Below, in pieces: positions 53,825 through 64,000 of a stretch of 64,000 bases of DNA. The notes beneath the pieces are model-generated. The model did not search any database. It was not told where the DNA came from and saw only the letters and a program-made list of their open reading frames with translations. Made by a program: the position numbers and the translations under genes. Numbering within the stretch: position 1 is the first letter of the stretch; every line of letters starts with the position of its first letter. Origin of the DNA: Balanoglossus misakiensis. Taxonomy: Eukaryota; Animalia; Hemichordata. The DNA lies in contig CM082586.2 of NCBI GenBank assembly GCA_040954595.2, forward strand, positions 12,121,337-12,185,336. Direction: 5' to 3'.

Positions 53825-55280
53825 GTTGTTACCCCCAACTTAGACATGTTTACATAACTTTAATAGGCCAGCTGTTACAGAGACCACCGGCTATTAAATT
53901 TTAATTACCAGTGGCAGGTCAGTGTGTGTCTGTCTGTTTGTTCCAGGGCTGACTGAAAGAAGTTGCTTCTCATACGTGTTTGTCCAGACAATTTTTGGTC
54001 AATTTTTTTTTCTACCACCAGTTGTAAGACTGCCATGACACATGACAGTTTTTTGGGCATGTTCTTTGATAATTTTTTTACATTCCATATTTCTATATCG
54101 TAAGATCATATCTGCTTGCAATGTCACCTTTAATTTTTATTCTGGTGTGTCACTGTTTTTGCATAATCCTCAAATTGGACCACAGTGTCCTTGATGCTAT
54201 TTTGTTTTCATTTTGTGGAGGGGTAAACACAAGTCCTTTCAAAGATATTGCGCTGAATCAATGGCACTGTCTTTGGTGAAATGGAAACAGCCACTCGTTT
54301 TGAAAATACTACATGTAATCATAGACCCTAGAGAAAATTTTTGCTGGTTTGTCTAGTGTACCAGGGCAGAGTGCTTGCCACCCCAACCCCACTGATGATA
54401 ATATTTAACAAAGTAATACATAAAAGAGAATAATTGTTTAAACCATTTCGCATAACTGATAGTTTCATGCTCCATCTTCTATATGCTGGAAGCTTTATAA
54501 ATGATGTCATGACGAAGATGACGCCAAATCTTCTTACTTTTAGTGGAATGGCAAAAAGTAAAATTGGTCCTCCCAAATATTGAGATGAATTTGCTTTTGA
54601 GTTCATACAAATGCAACTTTGAGCAACATATTTTACAAAATTTTCTTATGTGGGACCATGTGTACCATGTCAGACTTATTCCCACCCCACCCCTATTCTT
54701 ACTTTGAGTGAGGTGGCAAAATCAAAATTTGTCCTGCCTAACATTGAGTTAGTTTGCTTTTGAGTTCATTAAAATGCAACTTTGAGCACCGTATTTTACA
54801 AAATTGTCTTATGTGGGAGGGGAACACCCCTCCCACGCACACCCCCGCCACTTTTCTTGTTTTACCAATTCTAGCAAGTATTGTATTGACTTGTCATTTT
54901 ATTTTGTTCATAGATTTCTTTATTGCAACGATATTATTATAAGAAATTTATAATTGAGGTGTGAGGAGCCTCATTCCCTTTATTGCATACAGTGTACATA
55001 GTATCAGGACGGCAAATGTGTTCAGCATGGGGGGGGTCATCATATTTTGGTGCTGGGTGAAGGGGGGGGGGGGTCGGCCTGATTTTGAAAACCAATGACT
55101 CAAACTTGCCGACCCCCCCCCCCCCCCCAGCCGTAAAAACTGAACGGTCCCTAAGTATTAGGAAGGTTCCAATGCATGTCACAGGGCATGAATGTACAAG
55201 ACTAGGTGTACTGTTTTGTATTTTGTTAATCTTAAAAATTGTGCTCCATAAATTTTAATGTGTAATTGTTTTCATACTAG

Positions 55281-56912
55281 GATGAAAAGGAAACTGAGAA
55301 CTAAATATGGCATTAGTGACACTTATAATCCACTAATGGAACTGGAATCATTTGATAATGGCAGGTAGGTTACATTATACACATGACTGGTGGTAAGGTA
55401 AGCATTTGTTTTCATCAATGGATGACCACTTATAACATACCAATGTTCACATCCTCTTGAAAATTCAAGGTCATTGTAAGTGTAAACTTACAAGTTGAAA
55501 TATTAATTACCTTTATGTGTTTTCAACTCTACTTTTAGATCTCTTTTGAGAAACTACATAAAATTGAATTGGGAATAGTAAAAATATTTACCCAATTAAC
55601 ATTTGAAGTGATTGGAGCTAATGATAAACTGGAAATAGAGCACAAATTAAAGGTAAGAAATTTAGTATAATTTAGTATTTAATTTTCTTTAAATGATGAA
55701 TCAGAAGTTTTTTTTAAACTATGTTACAATACTGGAACAAAGTCCATTGTGTTTGCTAGTGCATCATGTAAATGTGCTGACAATTCAATCGCCCGTGTAT
55801 AAATCAATATTGTAATTGACATTATGGTTTAATTGGCAATATGTATTTACAGACCAGTTTCATTATTATGTTAGGTATTTGATTGGACAGCTTTCAAACG
55901 AACTCTATCCCCATCATTTGTATACAAACACAAGTCGTTTATCGGAAGGGACTTCAAGTTGTGGGCCCAGGTGGCACCATTCATACTGGCTTCTAACGTA
56001 CCACCTGAGTATCTACGATTGTGGCACCTCATCAGTGAGGTAGGTTATAACATTATCTTTATCATTTCTTCACTTCACTGATCAGGTTATCAACAAATCC
56101 TTGCATTTCTCTGAGATTACATTTAAGTTTGATATTTAGCTCCCATTTTTTGAAAATGCCAAGTGTCTCACTAATTGTATATAAAGTTACTTGGGTATCT
56201 GGTTATGGCTGTAGAGCTGTGAAAATCTGAAGCAAAACTATTATATACTTGTGTGTGTGTATTTCTCATGGTGAAATCGGAAATGTTTTATGAAGAATTT
56301 CCTTTTGTTAAAGTATCAAAATAATTATATTTTTATGACGCCTCTCTTCTTTCACTTGACATAGGTTTTTGTACTTGTGCATATAGGTAGACTAACAACA
56401 TGTCAGAGAAATGCAAGGATTGGTTGATAACCTGATCAGTGAAGTGAAGAAAGTGTTTCCTTCAACTTTGAAGAAACCTAAGATACACATGCTGCTTCAC
56501 TTGATAGTTGACATCACAGATTATGGTCCCTGTGACTGCACTGATACTGAAAGGTATACAGCATTTATGAAATATTTACCTTAATTTAACTTGTGGTCTT
56601 TGGTTATTTTGGGTTCCATTTGTTCCACTGTCTGACTAGTTTCATAATGAATTAGTTGTGAGATACCCAGCAGATGCTTCATGTATCAATCGACAAGTTG
56701 ATGAAAGGTAAACAATACAAAAATAATATAGGAAGATTTTTTTAAATTTTCCCCTTCTCAGATGTGAATCATTAATGGACTTGGTCAGGGTCAGGTATTT
56801 ATTTACCAATCACCACAATCCATCTAGAGATCTGGCCGTAAGTTTTGGTAGACTTCAACAGATTCATCACATACTTCAATGTGGATTTTGAAAAGACTGA
56901 TGGAGATTACAG
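55281..56912 (+). pseudogene. Spliced CACTA/EnSpm(CMC)-like transposase pseudogene, copy C; exons 55281-55364, 55539-55652, 55875-56039, 56365-56553, 56762-56912
   Basis: All five exons are AG/GT-bounded. They encode MKRKLRTKYGISDTYNPLMELESFDNG; FEKLHKIELGIVKIFTQ...; VFDWTAFKRTLSPSFVYKHKSFIGRDFKLWAQVAPFILASNVPPEYLRLWHLISE; ...KPKIHMLLHLIVDITDYGPCDCTDTER|CESLMDLVRVRYLFTNHHNPSRDLAVSF. The LH...LG and H.L.H...GP.....ER.E motifs resemble CMC transposases. Confidence 0.78.
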
Positions 56913-57215
56913 GTAAGGACTTACCTATTTACAGTTATTAAAAGTAAGCGTGGCAATTAGTCACAAAGATTTATTGATGGGAAGACTGTGTTTGGCAAAC
57001 TGGCTGACTAATGTATTTATTGCAAGGAATGGTCAGTATGCACAGGAAAATGCATTTTATATCATTTTGATGAGAACAATGGGGACACCGCACAGTGCAG
57101 ACGTGTAAAACTGAGCTCCGTAAACTTCACCTGAAAACGACTTCAACAAGTTCCTTTGGTGGTCTCCTGAGCTGTCCAGGGGCAACAATCACCAGTGAGA
57201 AGTTCGTGTAGCGAA

Positions 57216-58199
57216 ATGGGAATATCCACAGAACAGTATCGAGTGAAAATTGGTAATTTTGCCGGCGGCGACCCGACACGTCAGCGTAAGCTATCGAAGA
57301 TGGCCGACCTACACATACCTCTGATGAACTGCAAGATGTCCCTGACCATTAAGCTTTGCCTTTTCAGTCTACTTGTAACATGCGGGAGTGTAGAGAGAAA
57401 CCCGGGTCCTAACCTCCGTTCCAGTAACCAGAGCACGGGTTCGGGAGAAGATTCTGCTACCAAAAAAGATATCGAAGGTATCGTACACAAACTTGATAGA
57501 CTTTTACGGGATTCGAAGACAATGAACGCTAAACTTGACAAATTACAATCACGAATCGACAATATAGAGGACGAAATGAGTGAATTAAGAGAGTTGTTGG
57601 ACGACAACAGAGCAAGAATGTTAGATCTGGAATCAAAACAGAAACCATTCGATGAATTTCAAGAAGCAATTGCCCGCCTACAACGTGACAACGAACAGAT
57701 CAAACGTGACAAGGATGATCTTGAGAACAGAAGCCGAAGGAACAATTTATTGTTCTACGGTTTGGAACAAGAAAAGGAAAATGAAACCTGGGAAGAAGCT
57801 GAGAAGAAAGTCAAAGATGTGTTGAAAAACGAGCTGGAAATTTCGGAAGACATTGTGTTTGACAGGTGTTGTCGTTTGAACAATGCACCGCCAATACGCG
57901 GAGCTAGGCCGGTCATAGCTACGCTTTCAAAGTTTAAAGACAAATTTCTCATTCTTTCCCAAACAAGGAAACTTGCTAACTCCGGTATCAGTATCGGAGA
58001 GGATTTCACGAAAAGGGTACGTGCCATTCGCGCCAAATTGCTTGCTCACCGCAGAATCTTGCTGGACGAACACGTTGGTTCAAAAGCTCTCGTCCGTTTT
58101 GACAAACTGATTCATACCGAAGCCAACGGCCAGAAGACCACCTATAAAGTCGACGAATCAACAGGGCAAGTCGTGAAGGCGCACATCGCTCCACCATAG
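57216..58199 (+). CDS. LINE ORF1: N-terminal segment ending in a 2A-like peptide, coiled coil, L1-type RRM/CTD
   Basis: First ATG at 57216 (MGISTEQYRVKIGNF); LLVTCGSVERNPGP; heptad-rich region; DLENRSRRNNLLFYGL, RPVIA, IGEDF. Confidence 0.9.
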   Translation: MGISTEQYRVKIGNFAGGDPTRQRKLSKMADLHIPLMNCKMSLTIKLCLFSLLVTCGSVERNPGPNLRSSNQSTGSGEDSATKKDIEGIVHKLDRLLRDSKTMNAKLDKLQSRIDNIEDEMSELRELLDDNRARMLDLESKQKPFDEFQEAIARLQRDNEQIKRDKDDLENRSRRNNLLFYGLEQEKENETWEEAEKKVKDVLKNELEISEDIVFDRCCRLNNAPPIRGARPVIATLSKFKDKFLILSQTRKLANSGISIGEDFTKRVRAIRAKLLAHRRILLDEHVGSKALVRFDKLIHTEANGQKTTYKVDESTGQVVKAHIAPP

Positions 58200-61100
58200 G
58201 GACGTGGCCAGGGTCCAAAGAAAAATGACATTTCCTTTTTGTTCTGGAACATCAGAGGCTTAAAGGCTAAATCCTCAGATTCAGATTTCCTTTCATTTTG
58301 TAAAAATTTTGACATAATTGGTCTCGTAGAAACTTTTTGTTGCAAGGCAGACAGTGTTGATTTCTTAGCCGACTATGTCGCTTTTAAATTCCCAGCTTGT
58401 AGACGCAGCCAGAGAGGACGTCCGAGTGGGGGAACTGCTGTTTACGTTCACCGAAATTTTGCAAACAAAGTAAAGGAAATTCATAGCTCTGTTGAAAATA
58501 GCATTTTTCTTCATCTCGATAAAACTATCTTTCCTTTTAACAAAGATGTTCTTTATGGCTGCTGCTACTTTAATCCTGATGACAAGTCCGATAAATTCGA
58601 AGCGCTGGAATCGCTTATAACTGATTTTCGCTCTCTTTATTCAGACTCACTGGCTTTACTTGGTGGCGATTTTAACGCCAGAATTGGGTTACTTTCTGAT
58701 TATATTGTGGACGACTCAATTGACCATGTACCGACCAATGGTTTAGACTATGTACCTGACACTTTCCAGGTGGAACGAAATTCAAAGGACGAAACGGTTA
58801 ATGAGGCAGGCAGAGTTATGTTAAATTTATGCAAATGTTTGGATATTCACGTTTTGAATGGTCGCTTACATAATGATAAAGCTGGGAATGTTACTTGTGT
58901 GACTTCAATGGGTTGTAGCGTTGTCGATTATATAATTTCGTCATCTGAAATGTTTAGTTACGTCACATATTTCAATGTACTTCCACGTGCAGAATCTGAC
59001 CACTTTCCACTCATTTGCAAACTGGAGGCAGCCAACACTCATTTGCATAAGAAAGAAAAACACCCGCCCATTCCAACCACTGAATCTGTCCGCTTCCATT
59101 GGACAGAGAATTGTAAGAGTTCGTTCCGGCCAAACTTAATGTCCGCAAGTGTTCAGTCACTGCTGCAAAAAGCGAGAAATTCTCTCCCCAATTCTCATGT
59201 CACTATCGGTAAACTGAACGAAGCGCTAATGTCTGCTGGCTCCGAAGGTTATTGCAAAAGCAAATCATCCAAACACAATGGCAATCAACCACAATGGTTT
59301 GATGGGACTTGTACCGAGTCTAAACGCGTCATGTACGCGAAATTAAAAGTTTTCAGAGAGGATGGCTCAAATGTAGAATTAAGTGAGTATATGGCAGCTA
59401 AAGCTAGGTTTAGACAAATTTGCAGAAAAAGTAAAAGGGAATATCAGGCTCGTATCAGGTGCCAATTGAATGAAGCTTCATCTAAGGGACCGAATGACTT
59501 TTGGTCAATTTTGAAATCAGTGTTAAACCAGAGGCACAGTCGTGATGAAAGCATCGATATTGAGACGTGGTACAACCACTTTAGTTCTTTACTTAATAGT
59601 ATAGATAACACAGATACTGACCATATTTTGCCTACCTCGATTGAAGAGGAGTTTGACAGTATTGATGATTCAGTCAGTTCCGATGCAGGACACTTGGATT
59701 CACTTAACTCCAAGATCACGGAGGAAGAGATCCTGAGATGTCTAAAAGGTCTCAAAGACGGCAAGGCGCCTGGACCAGACGGGATCCCCAACGAGTTTTA
59801 CAAATTTTCTGCTGATGTAACTTTGCCTCTTTTAACTGAATTGTTTAATTTCATTTTCGACTCCGGTACCTTTCCATATGAATGGTCTATTGCAATAATC
59901 ATTCCACTTTTTAAAAAAGGCCGCAAAAACGATGTTAATAATTATAGGGGAATCTCTCTTTTGAACACACTGGGTAAAGTTTTCACTTCTGTTTGAAATC
60001 AGAGAATTACAAGGTGGGTAGAAGATACAAATCTTCTCTCAGATTGCCAGGCCGGTTTTCGAAAAAATCACTGTACAGTCGACAATCTATTTGTTCTTCA
60101 TGCAATCATTCAGAAATATCTCGGCATCAGACGAGGAAAGCTTTATTGTATGTTCGTGGACTTTTCAAAAGCGTTCGACACTATCAATCATTCTTTGTTG
60201 CTGTACAGATCACTTGGTGTTAATGACAAAATGTACACATTATTACAGTCCATGTATAGTGGTGTTAAAGCATGTGTAAGAACAAACAATGTAACTTCAG
60301 CTTATTTTGATTGACCAAAGGGAGTAAGGCAAGGATGTATCCTCAGTCCAATCTTATTTGCACTTTTCATCGAAGAACTCAATTCCATGTTGATGTCTGC
60401 CGGGCGTACAGGAATTCAACTGACACAAGATATTTATGATCTGTTTGCGCTTTTATATGCAGATGATGTAGTAATTTTTGCAGATTTGATTGCCAACCTG
60501 CAACACCTTATCAATATTCTGCAGGAGTTCTGTAAACATTGGCAGATGAAAGTGAATTTAGACAAAACAAAAATTGTTATCTTTCGTAAGGGTGGTAGAA
60601 AGTCATCTAGAGAGGCATGGTACTTTGATAATACTGTAATCGAAGTAGTTTCTTATTACAAATATCTTGGGCTGTTACTATCATCTACGAATGTATGGTC
60701 GAAAGCTGTCTCGACTCTTGCTTGCCAAGCAAACAAAGCAATGAACGTGCTGTTAACTGCTACTAGAAAAATTGATAGCTTTACGCTTAAGGTTCATTTC
60801 AAGGTTTTTGATGCGATGATTGTACCGATCTTGACTTACGGTGCCGAAATATGGGGTTTCCAATACTATGACTGTATTGAAAAGATTCAGAGAAAATGGT
60901 GCAGACGACTACTGACAGTCTCAAATAATGCCCCTAATGAGGCAGTAGTGGGAGAATGTGGTCGTCTACCTTTATTTTCAAAGACCCTACGGAAATGTAT
61001 TGGCTACTGGTTAAAGCTTATTGAGATGCCAACAAATAGACTCCCAAGACATGCGTACAAAATGTTAAGAAATCTCGATAACTTAGGGAGGCATACATGG

Positions 61101-61652
61101 GTCTCTTCAATCAAACATATTCTTTATTCACATGGGTTTGGTTATGCCTGGATTGCTCATGAGGTGGGCAACAAAGATATTTTTCTCAGCTATTTTCACT
61201 CTAGGGTTATTGATATATGTAAACAACAATAGTTAATTAATGCAACAAACAAACCTAAGTTACGCACATACTGTACATTCAAAAGTATTCTTGAACCTGA
61301 AAGGTATTTAACTTTGAACTGTAATGTAAAATTTATACAGGTTCTTGCTCGCTTCAGATGTTCGTCTCTCCCTCTAGCGATAGAGGAGGGGCGTCATCGG
61401 GGAGTTGACCCAAACCATAGGTTTTGTAAGTTATGTAACTCTGGTGATATTGAGGACGAGTACCATTTTTTGTTAATTTGTTCTCTTTATATCAGCATCA
61501 GAATCAAATATTTACCACGAAGTGCTTTCCTTGACCCAAACTACTACAAATTCAAAAGGCTTATGAGCTCCACAGATTCACAGGTACTACTGAACATTTG
61601 CCACTATGTCTATAAAGCTATGGCTGTGAGAACAGCCACCTGTCCTGCATAG
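58200..61652 (+). pseudogene. LINE ORF2 (APE-RT-C-terminal Cys/His motif), one frame with three premature stops
   Basis: WNIRGL, LVET, GGDFNAR, VDY, SDHFP, KAPGPDG, NYRGISLL, DFSKAFD, GVRQGCILSP, LYADD, CKLC...EDEYHFLLIC are all in one frame. Stops at 59994 (TGA), ~60311 (TGA) and 61230 (TAG). Confidence 0.93.
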
Positions 61653-63830
61653 AGTGTATTACATTGTTTAACTTTCTCTGTAATTCTGAAATTAGCACTC
61701 AATCTTTAGTTCTTTACTTAATAGTATAGATAACACAGATACTGACCATATTTTGCCTACCTCGATTGAAGAGGAGTTTGACAGTATTGATGATTCAGTC
61801 AGTTCCGATGCAGGACACTTGGATTCACTTAACTCCAAGATCACGGAGGAAGAGATCCTGAGATGTCTAAAAGGTCTCAAAGACGGCAAGGCGCCTGGAC
61901 CAGACGGGATCCCCAACGAGTTTTACAAATTTTCTGCTGATGTAACTTTGCCTCTTTTAACTGAATTGTTTAATTTCATTTTCGACTCCGGTACCTTTCC
62001 ATATGAATGGTCTATTGCAATAATCATTCCACTTTTTAAAAAAGGCCGCAAAAACGATGTTAATAATTATAGGGGAATCTCTCTTTTGAACACACTGGGT
62101 AAAGTTTTCACTTCTGTTTGAAATCAGAGAATTACAAGGTGGGTAGAAGATACAAATCTTCTCTCAGATTGCCAGGCCGGTTTTCGAAAAAATCACTGTA
62201 CAGTCGACAATCTATTTGTTCTTCATGCAATCATTCAGAAATATCTCGGCATCAGACGAGGAAAGCTTTATTGTATGTTCGTGGACTTTTCAAAAGCGTT
62301 CGACACTATCAATCATTCTTTGTTGCTGTACAGATCACTTGGTGTTAATGACAAAATGTACACATTATTACAGTCCATGTATAGTGGTGTTAAAGCATGT
62401 GTAAGAACAAACAATGTAACTTCAGCTTATTTTGATTGACCAAAGGGAGTAAGGCAAGGATGTATCCTCAGTCCAATCTTATTTGCACTTTTCATCGAAG
62501 AACTCAATTCCATGTTGATGTCTGCCGGGCGTACAGGAATTCAACTGACACAAGATATTTATGATCTGTTTGCGCTTTTATATGCAGATGATGTAGTAAT
62601 TTTTGCAGATTTGATTGCCAACCTGCAACACCTTATCAATATTCTGCAGGAGTTCTGTAAACATTGGCAGATGAAAGTGAATTTAGACAAAACAAAAATT
62701 GTTATCTTTCGTAAGGGTGGTAGAAAGTCATCTAGAGAGGCATGGTACTTTGATAATACTGTAATCGAAGTAGTTTCTTATTACAAATATCTTGGGCTGT
62801 TACTATCATCTACGAATGTATGGTCGAAAGCTGTCTCGACTCTTGCTTGCCAAGCAAACAAAGCAATGAACGTGCTGTTAACTGCTACTAGAAAAATTGA
62901 TAGCTTTACGCTTAAGGTTCATTTCAAGGTTTTTGATGCGATGATTGTACCGATCTTGACTTACGGTGCCGAAATATGGGGTTTCCAATACTATGACTGT
63001 ATTGAAAAGATTCAGAGAAAATGGTGCAGACGACTACTGACAGTCTCAAATAATGCCCCTAATGAGGCAGTAGTGGGAGAATGTGGTCGTCTACCTTTAT
63101 TATCAAAGACCCTACGGAAATGTATTGGCTACTGGTTAAAGCTTATTGAGATGCCAACAAATAGACTCCCAAGACATGCGTACAAAATGTTAAGAAATCT
63201 CGATAACTTAGGGAGGCATACATGGGTCTCTTCAATCAAACATATTCTTTATTCACATGGGTTTGGTTATGCCTGGATTGCTCATGAGGTGGGCAACAAA
63301 GATATTTTTCTCAGCTATTTTCACTCTAGGGTTATTGATATATGTAAACAACAATAGTTAATTAATGCAACAAACAAACCTAAGTTACGCACATACTGTA
63401 CATTCAAAAGTATTCTTGAACCTGAAAGGTATTTAACTTTGAACTGTAATGTAAAATTTATACAGGTTCTTGCTCGCTTCAGATGTTCGTCTCTCCCTCT
63501 AGCGATAGAGGAGGGGCGTCATCGGGGAGTTGACCCAAACCATAGGTTTTGTAAGTTATGTAACTCTGGTGATATTGAGGACGAGTACCATTTTTTGTTA
63601 ATTTGTTCTCTTTATATCAGCATCAGAATCAAATATTTACCACGAAGTGCTTTCCTTGACCCAAACTACTACAAATTCAAAAGGCTTATGAGCTCCACAG
63701 ATTCACAGGTACTACTGAACATTTGCCACTATGTCTATAAAGCTATGGCTGTGAGAACAGCCACCTGTCCTGCATAGAGTGTATTACATTGTTTAACTTT
63801 CTCTGTAATTCTGAAATTAGCACTCAATCT
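59579..63830 (+). repeat. 2,125-bp tandem duplication of the RT half of ORF2 and the start of the 3' UTR
   Basis: 61704-63830 repeats 59579-61705; 2-bp CT microhomology at the junction; one substitution noticed (LPLFSK vs LPLLSK). Confidence 0.96.
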
Positions 63831-64000
63831 GTATTTGTGCGATGGTTCACTTTATTTGAGAACGGGATGTTCTCCATGCATTTGGACCCGAGGTCTTGAA
63901 ACGCAATAAATTATTATTATATATCATTTTGATATCAAAAGTACACTAGTCAAAAATGTTAGATGTACAGGAATAAGTTTATTATTACTGTACACCATGA

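Larger units (their letters stand above)
39491..54070 (+). repeat. Macro-repeat unit, copy B (~4.9 kb after removing the LINE and BEL insertions)
   Basis: 39491-40327 matches 54071-54935, and 43265-45400 matches 54932-57071 plus 63934-64000. Period 14,580 bp minus the two inserts is about 4.9 kb. Confidence 0.9.
57072..63919 (+). mobile_element. Full-length two-ORF non-LTR retrotransposon (RTE-X-like), 4.7 kb plus a 2,125-bp internal duplication
   Basis: 14-bp TSD TATATCATTTTGAT (57058-57071 and 63920-63933); empty site in copy B near 45309-45322; AATAAA followed by a (TTA)n tail. The clade is inferred from motifs. Confidence 0.93.
54071..64000 (+). repeat. Macro-repeat unit, copy C (interrupted by the RTE-X-like LINE; runs off the window)
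   Basis: Collinear with copy B; after the LINE, 63934-64000 resumes the match to 45323-45390. Confidence 0.9.

Noticed and set aside
59994-61232. In-frame TGA/TAG codons in LINE ORF2 as selenocysteine or an alternative genetic code
   Set aside because: They appear to replace different residues (probably Leu, Cys, Trp) by single-base changes; simple nonsense decay explains them.

Overview
Eukaryotic, probably invertebrate-animal, repeat-rich DNA with no intact host gene. Positions 1-33,847 are an AT-rich satellite array: monomer about 206 bp, length classes 186/205/206/207/209, roughly 165-170 copies, with local higher-order repeats. The array is fused directly to a head-to-tail macro-repeat of about 4.9 kb (parts of three copies). 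This unit carries a multi-exon, degraded gene resembling CACTA/EnSpm (CMC) transposases; it is missed by the ORF track and only appears after conceptual splicing. The copies carry different insertions: (i) an L2/CR1-like RT fragment that itself holds a young Mag-like Gypsy element with identical 118-bp LTRs; (ii) a 5'-truncated LINE on the minus strand; (iii) a deleted BEL/Pao element whose LTR 3' segment is inverted between the two LTRs and which contains a 2.2-kb long-TIR element; (iv) a full-length RTE-X-like LINE with a 2A-like peptide, ORF1 and ORF2 in one frame across a single UAG, and a 2,125-bp internal tandem duplication. Family assignments come from motif recognition by eye, not database searches.
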